Positions 38,988 to 49,170 are shown, counted from the stretch's first letter. The stretch: DNA of 64,000 bases from Firmicutes bacterium HGW-Firmicutes-15 (GCA_002840245.1 PHAA01000015.1:28808-92807), one strand, 5' to 3'. The notes: a model not told the origin generated them from the letters alone. Translations and numbers: made by a program.

Positions 38988-41180
38988 ATGAGTTCTAATC
39001 ATATCGGAAAATATACTTCAGATGACATTTTCCTTCAAGACCTGGAAGAAATGGTATGCCGTTTCACTCCCGATGGCACGATCACTTATGTCAACGCTTG
39101 TGAGGCACATTTATTGAACCATAAGCCTTCCGAATTGCTGGGGCAAAAAATATCGCAGTTTATCCCGGAAAAATCTGCTTTGATCCTTAATTATTTACTA
39201 AGCACTTTGAGTTCCAAATATCCGACCATGGAATACGAATATCAGTACATCTCATCCGATGGAAAGCTTCAGTGGCAGCTATGGAAAATCAGAGGGCGTT
39301 TCAATTCAGATGGCCAGCTTGATGAGGTTCAGGCAGTTGGTCGGGATAATAGTCTTAAAAAACAATACCAGGAGCTATTAGATAACAATCAACAGAAAGC
39401 TTGGCAGAAGAGTGAGGATACCTTCCGCCAGTTGACCGATACAGCTCCAGCTTTGATATTTATTATCCAAAAATACCGATATTGCTATGTAAATGCCTTC
39501 TTTCAAACAGTGCTGGAGTATACGGAGGAAGAGCTATTAAATATGGACTCCCTAAAGCTGGTGCACCCTGATGATAGAGTTCAGGTGATGGATGGGTTAC
39601 TGGAACTGCAAAAAGGAAATGGCCGACTGTTTCGCCAGGACATTAAAATTATTCCCAAGAGCGGTCGGGTTTGCTGGATCGATTTCTCTGCCAGTATCAT
39701 AGAATGGGAGGGTAAGCTGGCAGTTATTGGTGTAAGTTATGACCTTACTCAGCACAAGCAAATCCAGGCGGCTCTGATTCAGAGTGAGAATAATTTTCGT
39801 AGTTTGGCTTATACTGCCCCGGCACTTATATATGTACTGCGAGGCAGCCGGCTAATTTATTTGAATAGGGCTTATGAGGAGATCACCGGCTACAGTCGGG
39901 AGGAATGTCTGGAGATGGATGCCTGGGATTTCATTCATCCCCAATACCAGGATTGGGTGCGAGGAATGGCATTGGCCCGTCAGCGGGGAGAAGAGGTTCC
40001 CAGCCGTTATCAAACCCGCATGCAGACTAAGGACGGCCGCGAAATATGGGCCGAGTTTTCGGTCAGCCATATAATTCTTAACGGCGAGCCAGCTATATTA
40101 GGTGTGGCAATAGATATTACCGAGCAAAAAAGAGCCCAGGATCAAATTCGGTATTTAAGCTATCACGATAAGCTTACCGGTCTTCATAACCGTGCTTATG
40201 GGGAGGAAAAGCTAAAGGAATTAGATGATGACAAAAACCTGCCTTTGAGTCTGATTCTGGGTGACGTTAACGGTTTGAAAATGGTAAATGATGCATTTGG
40301 TCACCAGAGTGGAGATATATTATTACAGACCGCTGCTAAAACCCTTATTACCTGTTGTCATAAAAAAGACTTGATTGTTCGCTGGGGAGGAGATGAATTT
40401 GTAATTATTCTTCCTGGGAGTGATGAGGAACAAGCCCGACAGGTTTGTCAGAAGATTTACCAATCTTGTGCTCAATTAAAGAATGTTCCTATTCAGCTAA
40501 GCATTGCCTTGGGTGTAGCCTGCAAAAATGCTGCGGGTAAAAGTATGGAGACAGTCTATAAAGAGGCTGAGGATCTTATGTATCGAAACAAAATGCTGGA
40601 AAACCGCAGCAACCGCAGCGCCTTCTTGAATTCACTGGAACAAACCCTTTGGGTTCGAAGTCATGAAACCCAGGAGCACACTCTGCGACTGCGGCGCTTA
40701 GTAGTAAATATCAGTCAAGCCTTGCATTTACCAGCAGATGAATTGAATAACCTGAGCCTTTTGGCCGCTTTGCACGATATTGGTAAAATAGCGATCCCCA
40801 ATAGCATTCTGGATAAGGCGGGAAAACTATCTTGTGAAGAGTGGGAGCTAATGAAGCGACATCCAGAAACAGGTTATCGTATTGCTCTTGCAAGTCCGGA
40901 ATTATCCCCCATTGCTGAAGCCATTTTGGCTCACCACGAGCGCTGGGATGGCAGTGGGTATCCACTAGGGCTGAAAGATAATGACATCCCCCTGATATCA
41001 CGAATCCTATCCTTAGCCGATGCTTATGATGTCATGATCAGCGGTCGGCCTTACCAAAAAGAAATAGGAAGCGAAGAAGCATTGCAGGAAATTTTGCATT
41101 GCGCTGGTTCGCAGTTTGATCCTCATCTGGCTAGCTTATTCGTCAATGTGGTTAGCTCCATGCAGTCAAACCTGGCCTAA
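38988..41180 (+). CDS. PAS x3-GGDEF-HD-GYP c-di-GMP turnover protein, paralog of 22098-23954
   Basis: GGDEF (RWGGDEFVIIL) and HD-GYP (HDIGKIAIP...HHERWDGSGYPLG). The linker NKMLENRSNRSAFLNSLEQTLW is shared with the paralog. Confidence 0.9.
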   Translation: MSSNHIGKYTSDDIFLQDLEEMVCRFTPDGTITYVNACEAHLLNHKPSELLGQKISQFIPEKSALILNYLLSTLSSKYPTMEYEYQYISSDGKLQWQLWKIRGRFNSDGQLDEVQAVGRDNSLKKQYQELLDNNQQKAWQKSEDTFRQLTDTAPALIFIIQKYRYCYVNAFFQTVLEYTEEELLNMDSLKLVHPDDRVQVMDGLLELQKGNGRLFRQDIKIIPKSGRVCWIDFSASIIEWEGKLAVIGVSYDLTQHKQIQAALIQSENNFRSLAYTAPALIYVLRGSRLIYLNRAYEEITGYSREECLEMDAWDFIHPQYQDWVRGMALARQRGEEVPSRYQTRMQTKDGREIWAEFSVSHIILNGEPAILGVAIDITEQKRAQDQIRYLSYHDKLTGLHNRAYGEEKLKELDDDKNLPLSLILGDVNGLKMVNDAFGHQSGDILLQTAAKTLITCCHKKDLIVRWGGDEFVIILPGSDEEQARQVCQKIYQSCAQLKNVPIQLSIALGVACKNAAGKSMETVYKEAEDLMYRNKMLENRSNRSAFLNSLEQTLWVRSHETQEHTLRLRRLVVNISQALHLPADELNNLSLLAALHDIGKIAIPNSILDKAGKLSCEEWELMKRHPETGYRIALASPELSPIAEAILAHHERWDGSGYPLGLKDNDIPLISRILSLADAYDVMISGRPYQKEIGSEEALQEILHCAGSQFDPHLASLFVNVVSSMQSNLA

Positions 41181-41201
41181 GATGGTCGAATACGATAGGG
41201 A

Positions 41202-41864
41202 GTGGTAATCGTAAAGATAACTGATCTAACTCATTACATTTCCCCGGACATGCCTGTCTTTCCCGGAACTGAACCACCCGTGTTTGAGAAGGCCAACACT
41301 TTAGAAGAAAATGGATTCGTTGAAGCGAAAATTACGATGTATTCACACACCGGGACTCATATTGACGCTCCCGCCCATATGTTGAAAGATGGGCGTACAT
41401 TGGATGAATTCCCGATAGAACACTTTGTGGGTAATGCAGCCGTGTTGGACTTTTCCAGTCGAGAGATAAAGCAAATCGAAGTGAGTGATCTTCAGCCATT
41501 CGAAATGCTGCTCACATATAACGTGGAATTCTTTATTCTCCGAACAGGTTGGAGCCAGTATTGGGGTAGCCCTCAGTATTTTTATGGATTTCCGTATCTG
41601 ACTGATGAAGCAGCGACATGGCTAACCCAATTCCATTTAAAAGGAATAGGCATTGATGCAATCTCAATTGACGCCATGGATTCGACGGCATTCTCGGTGC
41701 ACCAGATATTTATGCAACGCAATATCCTAATCGTTGAAAACCTGGCGAATCTAGCTTCCCTTAATTCCCAGCAGTTTCTATTTTCGGTCATGCCCTTAAA
41801 GACCAAACACGCTGATGGTTCACCGGCCCGAGCCATTGCAATGACTGCGCTAGAAACATTGTAA
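41202..41864 (+). CDS. Cyclase-family protein (kynurenine formamidase-like metal hydrolase)
   Basis: HTGTHIDAPAH motif. GTG start 21 nt after the upstream stop. Confidence 0.75.
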   Translation: MVIVKITDLTHYISPDMPVFPGTEPPVFEKANTLEENGFVEAKITMYSHTGTHIDAPAHMLKDGRTLDEFPIEHFVGNAAVLDFSSREIKQIEVSDLQPFEMLLTYNVEFFILRTGWSQYWGSPQYFYGFPYLTDEAATWLTQFHLKGIGIDAISIDAMDSTAFSVHQIFMQRNILIVENLANLASLNSQQFLFSVMPLKTKHADGSPARAIAMTALETL

Positions 41865-42004
41865 CTCAACGATTCTAGCTGCTTCCACCTAGTGTATTCT
41901 ACCCGTTGCCTTCTCCCCACAGAAAATCACCTCCCGCTACTAATTGTAACAGGAGGTGATCTCAATCTCGATTGTAACTTAACAATTTAAGTGCCTGGCA
42001 CCAT

Positions 42005-45000
42005 TTAGGGCTGTGGTATTAATACGTCAGTCCAGGGAAATGTAGTAGGGCCACCTTGTTGGGTGGTGATTGTAAAAGTGTTAGCGTTAGTATCCATGCT
42101 AAAGCCAGTAATATAGCGACATCCAGTCTTTACCCACTGCTGTTTAAACGAATCGTCACTATTGAAAGCTACAATGTAAACAGGATAAGGGTAAGGATTA
42201 TTGGAATCATCATATAGGAAGTATTTGTACTTGCCCCAAGTAAATCCGTAGTTGGCACCGTACAAATTACTGCTGGGTGGAGGAGGCTGACTGCCTCCTC
42301 CCAGAACCGGATCACCAAGTACTACCGTGATGGTATAGACATTGATGGTTCCATCTTCCGCTTTGACAGCTAACTTATCGCCAAATAGCATGGTGTCCGT
42401 TGAGCTTTTGGCGGTGGCAGTGTCAAATCCGGTTTGATCATCTATGGTCGTTCCTGTTATGACTACCTTCCACGAGGCCTGGGCATGCTTGGTCAGATTC
42501 GCCAGGAAGGTTGTCACGGTGACATTGGTGTTAATCACAGTTGAAGCAGCGACTATGGTGTTGCCGGTATCATCTACTGTATAATGACTTGCTGCAGTAG
42601 TTACTGTAGCATCATTGCTTAGCCGCCTTATCGTCAAGTTGTAGTTGCCTTGAGTAGTTCCGTCCTGAGCTGTTACCTGGATGTAACTAAGGTTGTCTCC
42701 TACCACCAAGTTTATTAGTTGGGCTATCTCGGTAGTATAGCCGCTATCGCTATACAACTTCCAATTGGCATCAGGACTAACACTTACGTCTACAGTTAGG
42801 CTGCTTATGTTATTGGCTACGCTTGCGGTTATATTGTTCCCGCTTATGCTGCCTCCTGCCGGGCTGTTTACTCCTGTTACTACACAGGTTGATGAGGTTG
42901 CTCGGGTAACTATCAGGTTGTATAATCCTTGAGTAGTTCCATCCTGGGCTATTACCTTGATATAACTCTGGTTGCTCCCTACGATCAGATTCATCTGTTT
43001 ACTTGTTATCTCGACTAGATAGGCATCATCGCTGAACAGCTTCCAAGTGGCATCAGGGCTTACACTTACGTCTACGGTCAGGTTGCTGATGTTATTGGCT
43101 ACGCTTGCGGTTATATTGTTCCCGGTTATGCTGCCTCCCGCCGGACTAGTTACTCCTGTTACTACACATTCTGATGAGCCTGCTACTGCTGCTGTTGCTG
43201 CACTAGTTACAGTACCAGAGTAGCTGCCCGTACCTATTGCGGCTACTTTAATAAACTTAGTTGCATCGCCTGCAACTGGTGTGTATTTGTTTGTTGTTGC
43301 TCCCACAATGTCAGCATAGGTGCCAGATTCTGTAGCGCATATCATCCATTGATAACTTACTGTAGCATTTGCTGGGGTCAATGCACCGGCTGTTAATTCA
43401 GCGCCAACTTTTGCTGTACCGCTTGTAGTGGTAATAGCACTTACCCCTATAGTTGCATTGGTTTCACTATCATTACTATTAGGGGCTGGATCTGGCTGAA
43501 GGGCTTCCTGTGCCGCTTGGCTCAGTTCCTGCTGTAAATCTTGCAGTTGCTGCTGTAGGTCTTGTTTAACTTGTTCAGTAAGCTGTATGCCACTGGATTC
43601 CAAGCCCATTAGCACTACATCCAGCATGTTCTGTACTTGTTCTTCCTGTTTTTCTTCGACCGGTTGGTCAGGTATTTCCAATATCATTTCCACTAGCGGA
43701 GGTGGTGCAGCTTCCTTATTCTTATCTATTTGCAAGGCAGTATTAATCACCCAGCCCTGCACATTACCAAAGGCCTGTTTATCCTGCTCACTCATCTTGG
43801 TATCTGGTCCGGCGGTTCCTCCCTGGCCAATTCCGCTGCTCGTACCTCCAACCAGAGGCACTGCATCTCCAATCATGCCTCTTACATCAACATTTCCGGT
43901 AAGACAGCTTACATTACAAGTCCCGTCCTTATTTACGCTTACTAATATAAAGGTTCCTCTTACAGCAGCCACGCCCCAGGGCATGTCCACTGTCATTCTT
44001 ACCTTTTTTGTCTGTGCAGTCTGATACCAGGGGGCCTGGTTGTCAGCAATAAATTGCTTGCTGTCAAGTGATGCCAGCAAGGGGGAGTTAGCTCTAGCCT
44101 GCTGTTTTTTTGTGGATTCATGTTTAGTAGCCAGGGCTCCAAATACTGTCCCTTTTTTCAGGTCTATGTCGACATTCTCTACTGAGGTTCCGCTGAAACC
44201 GTCATTTTTTATGTAGGCTCTGCCGATAGATTCTTTTATGTTAATCTCGGTATTTTCTTTTATGAGGACACTACTGCCATCAGGATAGAATATGCTGGCA
44301 CTGGCGTTGGCTCCTGTTATTATGGTATCTCCCAAATATACGGAGCTATCATTCTGAAGTGGGGTAGTAGCTCCATTGCGTGTAAGTTTAATGTCTCCTT
44401 TAACGTCTTTTATGGTTCCTTTCAGGCTGACTGTATAGAGTCCAGGGTCCTTGGTCAACAGGGTTCCTAATGCCCGGGCGAGGCTTCCCCGCTTCATCAC
44501 TGCATCGGGGTATATTTGCTTGCCATCCGCAGACAAGCCTATCATCTCTGCTGCCAGGGCAACTGCCATTTCTCCTGCCGCCCAGTGGTTTTGCTCCATG
44601 TCATTAAGTACGGGAAGGGGGACTCGATCTTTTTGGGTTGATAATCTCATTATTAGGGCTATTCCCTGAGCCCGGGTTAGTTTATCTTCGGGTTTATAGG
44701 TTCCATCGGGGAATCCTTTTAGATAGCCGACTTTGGTTGCTGCTGCTATGTTGGCTGCTGCCCAGTGATCAGCTTGTACGTCGGGAAATCCGGTCTCGGT
44801 TACTGCGGGTGTCTCAAGTCCGGTAGCCTTTACTAGTACTACTGCGGCCTGAGCCCGGGTTAATCCTTCTTCAGGGTGAAAATTACCGTCCGGAAAACCG
44901 CTTAATATCTTCCGGTTGCTTAGGTAGTTTATAAAAACTGAGTTGTTGTTCGTGGATGTTACGTCTGGGAAAATCTGTTTTAGCTGCTCGGTTTTTGTTG

Positions 45001-45109
45001 CAGCAGATGTATCCACTTGCTTATCAGTAGCGGATGCTAAGGTGCTAAAGCTCAGTAGCAATAATATAACCAAAGCAGTCAGCAGCAATGGCTTCTTCTT
45101 TTGATTCAT
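42005..45109 (-). CDS. Large SLH-anchored surface protein (3 SLH, a FecR-like region, tandem cadherin-like beta-sandwich repeats)
   Basis: Signal peptide, three SLH repeats (GFPDGNFHPEEGLTRAQAA, GFPDGTYKPEDKLTRAQG, NHWAAGEM) and a Q/E-rich linker. Two near-identical 94-aa repeats follow. Confidence 0.85.
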   Translation of the reverse strand: MNQKKKPLLLTALVILLLLSFSTLASATDKQVDTSAATKTEQLKQIFPDVTSTNNNSVFINYLSNRKILSGFPDGNFHPEEGLTRAQAAVVLVKATGLETPAVTETGFPDVQADHWAAANIAAATKVGYLKGFPDGTYKPEDKLTRAQGIALIMRLSTQKDRVPLPVLNDMEQNHWAAGEMAVALAAEMIGLSADGKQIYPDAVMKRGSLARALGTLLTKDPGLYTVSLKGTIKDVKGDIKLTRNGATTPLQNDSSVYLGDTIITGANASASIFYPDGSSVLIKENTEINIKESIGRAYIKNDGFSGTSVENVDIDLKKGTVFGALATKHESTKKQQARANSPLLASLDSKQFIADNQAPWYQTAQTKKVRMTVDMPWGVAAVRGTFILVSVNKDGTCNVSCLTGNVDVRGMIGDAVPLVGGTSSGIGQGGTAGPDTKMSEQDKQAFGNVQGWVINTALQIDKNKEAAPPPLVEMILEIPDQPVEEKQEEQVQNMLDVVLMGLESSGIQLTEQVKQDLQQQLQDLQQELSQAAQEALQPDPAPNSNDSETNATIGVSAITTTSGTAKVGAELTAGALTPANATVSYQWMICATESGTYADIVGATTNKYTPVAGDATKFIKVAAIGTGSYSGTVTSAATAAVAGSSECVVTGVTSPAGGSITGNNITASVANNISNLTVDVSVSPDATWKLFSDDAYLVEITSKQMNLIVGSNQSYIKVIAQDGTTQGLYNLIVTRATSSTCVVTGVNSPAGGSISGNNITASVANNISSLTVDVSVSPDANWKLYSDSGYTTEIAQLINLVVGDNLSYIQVTAQDGTTQGNYNLTIRRLSNDATVTTAASHYTVDDTGNTIVAASTVINTNVTVTTFLANLTKHAQASWKVVITGTTIDDQTGFDTATAKSSTDTMLFGDKLAVKAEDGTINVYTITVVLGDPVLGGGSQPPPPSSNLYGANYGFTWGKYKYFLYDDSNNPYPYPVYIVAFNSDDSFKQQWVKTGCRYITGFSMDTNANTFTITTQQGGPTTFPWTDVLIPQP
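42605..43168 (-). repeat. Tandem duplication, 2 x 282 bp, inside the SLH surface-protein gene
   Basis: The Cys codons that open each unit lie at 43166-43168 and 42884-42886, exactly 282 bp apart. The units share long identical runs such as tattggctacgcttgcggttatattgttccc. Confidence 0.85.
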
Positions 45110-45549
45110 GTTAGTTCCCCCTCTTTTCCCGTTCCTAAATAAGCAATATGTTTATAAGCATCCTTATTAACTAAAATGTAATGGAATATGATGATTATGA
45201 CAATAGGAAGGAAGTCCTTATAGACTTGGGATAACCTGTTCATTTATTCCATTTCTACAAGCTTTTTCACCCCAAATGGTACTATTGCATATAATGTCTA
45301 AATATTACCATGAATGTTGATTTCTATAAAAATATTTCATTTTTAATGCTTGCGCAGATGATATTTTATGGGTATATGGGGCTAATGTCCCGTTAATTTA
45401 GAACCGAAAGGGTCTCTTTTTTTGGCGGGTAGATGGGTGTATAATTGCACAAAATAGGTTAAAAATGTGAGAAAAAGAATAGTATGCCTATATACCCAAG
45501 ATTATAAACAATAAGCAAAAATTAGTTTGGATTGAATTGGGGTGAAGTT

Positions 45550-46974
45550 ATGAGCGAAAGAATTCATCAAATCACAAACGAAATGTTAGAGGAAACAGTT
45601 GATATTCCAGAGGAACTTATAAATAGCACCGCAAAAATTCTAAATTACGCTGATATATCTAAAGAAGATGCTTTTATGTTCAAGATTAATCTTGAAAAAT
45701 TTAGAATGTTGGCAGATAAGTCTTTGGTTGACAAAGATGCCTTGAAAATCAGAGATGCAATCAGTTCGACCTTTTTTGACATTTACAGTTCGGTATTAAA
45801 AAAAGTATCGGTTGAAAATAACCCTAGTCGACTTTATCAAATGTTTCTTAAATATGCATATATAGACGAAAAACTGTTAGAACCTAATCAAACCAGGGTA
45901 CTTTATGAGATGGTCGCGAAACCAAATACCCAGGCGCAATGTTCGTTTTATAATCTTAAAGACTGGCTTGAAAAGATTTTTAGTAAAGAAGAAGAACCTT
46001 CTGTTAATGAATTTGGCTTGGATTATTATGAAGTATTCAGGGAAAAGAAGAAGCGCGGAGAATTTCTTGATAAGGATAAACATGGATATGATAATAACGC
46101 AGATGCTAGACTTAGCCACGAGATAAACAATCTTTTCAATATCGGACAGAAGCTTTGTTGTGGTCAAATGAGCCGATATTTTCCAATACTTCATAGTGGA
46201 ATGATAAGCAATGATTTGTCGAAAGCCTTGGTTACATCGGAGATGATTGAAGAAAGCTTAAATAGAATTTTACAGGTAGATTTCTCTGCTTTTCATCGGG
46301 AAATTGTCTGTAACATGCCGGAAAAAGGAATAAAAAAAGAGCTGATAATGAAATCCGTTCTGCCTGATTTGATTTTGATGCCTATATTCGGTTCTCGGGC
46401 AGTAATGTGGCAGGAACTAACGGGTAGAGTAAAAAGCTCCCCGGGTCGCTTTATCCTCCCAATTTTTACTGATGAGGATTTGGATAATCTGATGATAGAG
46501 GTAATAGCAAGATTTCGATGGGATTTATCAAAAAATATGTTCAGTTATATTAGGAATGACGGAAACCAAAGCTCATTAACGGCTGATTATTCTAATTACT
46601 TGCAGTTTTACAGGAAAAATGGAGATTTATCGAACGATGCCAAGGAGAAAATAAAGACGCAAATCGCAAAATACCGGAATAATGTTAGAGAAATATTTGC
46701 GTCAGATTACTATACCTGGATTAATTATGAATCCCAAGGCATAGTTCGCCTGAATAAAGTGGTTAGAGAGATATTTTTCAAATATTGTCCTTTTTCGAAA
46801 ACAATACGGGCCGACTTGGAAAAACATCCTCTATATAATCAATACATTATTCAATATGAGAAATGGCGAATTAAACACCATAAAGTAATTCAGGCTCATT
46901 ATTCTCAACTGGTTAAGCCCAATGTTCCGCTTGATGCCGAATTAGAAGGTAATCTTGCATTTTATAATATGTAA
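45550..46974 (+). CDS. Hypothetical protein, about 474 aa, no recognisable motif
   Basis: Long intact ORF with a GGGGTGAAG RBS before the ATG at 45550. It is AT-rich compared with its neighbours and is followed by a good terminator. Confidence 0.7.
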   Translation: MSERIHQITNEMLEETVDIPEELINSTAKILNYADISKEDAFMFKINLEKFRMLADKSLVDKDALKIRDAISSTFFDIYSSVLKKVSVENNPSRLYQMFLKYAYIDEKLLEPNQTRVLYEMVAKPNTQAQCSFYNLKDWLEKIFSKEEEPSVNEFGLDYYEVFREKKKRGEFLDKDKHGYDNNADARLSHEINNLFNIGQKLCCGQMSRYFPILHSGMISNDLSKALVTSEMIEESLNRILQVDFSAFHREIVCNMPEKGIKKELIMKSVLPDLILMPIFGSRAVMWQELTGRVKSSPGRFILPIFTDEDLDNLMIEVIARFRWDLSKNMFSYIRNDGNQSSLTADYSNYLQFYRKNGDLSNDAKEKIKTQIAKYRNNVREIFASDYYTWINYESQGIVRLNKVVREIFFKYCPFSKTIRADLEKHPLYNQYIIQYEKWRIKHHKVIQAHYSQLVKPNVPLDAELEGNLAFYNM

Positions 46975-47061
46975 ATATTTAGATTGATACCGTCGCAATA
47001 ATTAGTTTCAATAATAGCAGGCAATCCTATAAGAGACACCGGTTAGGCTATAAAAAGATAA

Positions 47062-47097
47062 AGGGAAGTGGTATTTTTTATTACCACCTCCCTTTTG
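47062..47097 (+). terminator. Rho-independent terminator
   Basis: agggaagtggta-ttttttat-taccacctccct (one mismatch), followed by tttg. Confidence 0.7.
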
Positions 47098-47185
47098 CTT
47101 ATAAATTCAAGATTAAGGAGTAATATAGTCCTTTATTTAGGGTGAAAATTATGGATTAGCTTCTTGGAATTATTAATATGCCAAA

Positions 47186-47428
47186 TTATAGAGCCTCCCT
47201 TTTCCTAGTTTTGCCTTGTTTGGTGAGCTTTTGTGGTTTTGCTTTTGATTTTAAATACTCTGCCCAATCATACAGCGGAGAATACCAAAGAACGGCAGTA
47301 GCAAATTCTATGGTTCCTAGAACTCCACTTATGGTAGCTGGCCATCCCGTAATTAATTCGCTACCAGAAAGGAAGAAAAAACAAAAAGCAAAAATATAAC
47401 GAGCAATAACGCCATCTCTGCTTAACAA
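47186..47428 (-). CDS. Small two-TM membrane protein with a basic tail (hypothetical)
   Basis: Two hydrophobic helices and a K/R-rich C-terminus. TTG start with an AAGAGGGA RBS. I prefer it to the overlapping plus-strand ORF 47178-47399, which has no RBS. Confidence 0.4.
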   Translation of the reverse strand: MLSRDGVIARYIFAFCFFFLSGSELITGWPATISGVLGTIEFATAVLWYSPLYDWAEYLKSKAKPQKLTKQGKTRKREAL

Positions 47429-47650
47429 TAGTATCCCTCTTTCTTAATGTTTTCCTAAGGCAAAAACAAAATATTTAGCCGCTTTAAAGATGAAAGATCT
47501 TATTGCTTTTAGTATCATTAAGCAGATGGATAATATGCGTTGAATGAAGTGTTAACATATGGAATACTAAGATAAGTCATTAGTTTGAGTAAAATACAGT
47601 TCTTGAAGCATGGATTTTGTAAAACTGAGAGTTAATAGGAGGAGAAAGTT

Positions 47651-48370
47651 ATGCACGACAACAATGAAGAATCGAGGAATGATTCAAGCCAGAATACTAA
47701 AATTAAAGTGACAAAAGATGGGCCCTATATTGTTACTGGCAACATTCCATTGGCCAAACAGAAAATAATTACTGATAATAAAGGGTTTTCCCTTAGATGG
47801 GAAGAGGGTGTTGATTATCCTGACAAGGAGAAATATGCGCTTTGCCGCTGTGGTCAATCTAGTAAGAAGCCTTACTGCGATGGGACTCATATAGAGATGG
47901 AATTCGATGGTACTGAAACAGCTAGCAGAGAAAAATATATTGATCAGGCCAAAAGACTTCAAGGACCTGATTTGGTTTTGACTGATACCCAAAGGCTGTG
48001 TGCTTCTGGTCAGTTTTGTGACCGGGCAAGTGGAGCTTGGAAACTTACGAAAGATTCCAATAATCCGAACTCGCGAGAGATCGCCATCCAAGAGGCTTGT
48101 GACTGTCCTTCCGGAAGACTTGTGGCTTGGGACAAAAAGACTGGCCAAGAGATAGAACTAGAGTTTGCACCCTCAATTGGATTAGTCCAAGGCCCCAAAG
48201 CACGCTTTAGCGGCCCAATTTGGGTAAGAGGTGGTATTACCGTTGAAGCTTGTGACGGTACTCAATACGAGGTTCGTAATAGGGTAACGCTTTGCCGTTG
48301 TGGAAGATCAGAAAACAAACCATTTTGTGACTCTACCCACGTTTTAGTAGGCTTTTCCGACGAGGATTAA
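47651..48370 (+). CDS. CDGSH iron-sulfur domain protein with two CDGSH motifs and a central Cys cluster
   Basis: CRCGQSSKKPYCDGTH and CRCGRSENKPFCDSTH. The central Cys residues are CASGQFCD...CDCPSG. An AGGAGGAG RBS is present. Confidence 0.85.
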   Translation: MHDNNEESRNDSSQNTKIKVTKDGPYIVTGNIPLAKQKIITDNKGFSLRWEEGVDYPDKEKYALCRCGQSSKKPYCDGTHIEMEFDGTETASREKYIDQAKRLQGPDLVLTDTQRLCASGQFCDRASGAWKLTKDSNNPNSREIAIQEACDCPSGRLVAWDKKTGQEIELEFAPSIGLVQGPKARFSGPIWVRGGITVEACDGTQYEVRNRVTLCRCGRSENKPFCDSTHVLVGFSDED

Positions 48371-48384
48371 GGCGAGGATGAGCC

Positions 48385-49170
48385 CTATAGGGTACTCACA
48401 ATATAATAAGAAGAGAAATCGCCTCCTGTCATTTGAGAAATGCTATCAGGCCCGGGAAAAAGCTGACCATCAATTTCTTTATCAGTAAATCCTTTTATTC
48501 TTAAGGTTTTTATCTCCTGTTGTAACTGCAACAGATAGTTTAGTTTCCGGGTCAATAATTCCCTGCCATTTGGAAGAATACCTGTATGGGGACATAATAC
48601 CGTATTGAAATTAAGGCATAATATTTTCCTGATCGATAAAATACTCTCGCTTAAATTTTCCTCGAAGAAAATGCTTCTGGGTGTAAGATTGTTTAAGAGG
48701 TCACCTAAAAATAACCAGCCTTTATTTTCTTCATATAGTGAATTATGCTTCCGGCAGTGGCCGGGTGAATCAATCACCTTGAAAACATAGCTATCAGTCC
48801 TAATTGTGTTGCTTACTGGCTCAGCTTTGAATGCCTGGCGTCTTCCCCATATATCCAGCCGGTACTGGCTCAGGTCTGGCTCTATTAAAGCTTCTTCCAC
48901 AGAATCTGGATGTATGTAAATGGGCAATTGTTTGTTTTCCTGTAGCCAGTAAGCCATTCCGGCATGATCTTCGTGAATATGGGTTAAAAATACCTGTTTT
49001 ATAGTATGAGAATCAAAAAAGGCTATGCCTTCCGCAGCCATTGAAAAAGGCCCGGTATCTATTAGTAGTCCATCAATCAGATAATAGTAAACCTTCATCC
49101 TAAATGGAGGGTTCCAGGGCATTTCTCTGCTGCCGTAAGTACCTACAATATTCTCGAACTTGAAAAGCAT
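48385..49170 (-). CDS. MBL-fold metallo-hydrolase
   Basis: HxHxDH motif THIHEDHAG, with a downstream His (GHCRKH) and Asp. Confidence 0.8.
   Translation of the reverse strand: MLFKFENIVGTYGSREMPWNPPFRMKVYYYLIDGLLIDTGPFSMAAEGIAFFDSHTIKQVFLTHIHEDHAGMAYWLQENKQLPIYIHPDSVEEALIEPDLSQYRLDIWGRRQAFKAEPVSNTIRTDSYVFKVIDSPGHCRKHNSLYEENKGWLFLGDLLNNLTPRSIFFEENLSESILSIRKILCLNFNTVLCPHTGILPNGRELLTRKLNYLLQLQQEIKTLRIKGFTDKEIDGQLFPGPDSISQMTGGDFSSYYIVSTL

Noticed and set aside
43587-44024. 145-aa and 71-aa plus-strand ORFs antisense to the large SLH protein gene, and 58620-59105 antisense to etfA
   Set aside because: They are embedded in strongly supported genes, their composition is low-complexity, and they have no RBS.
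47178-47399. 73-aa plus-strand ORF overlapping the small membrane-protein ORF
   Set aside because: It has no RBS, and the opposite-strand ORF has clearer TM helices and a plausible RBS. At most one of the two is real, and neither is certain.
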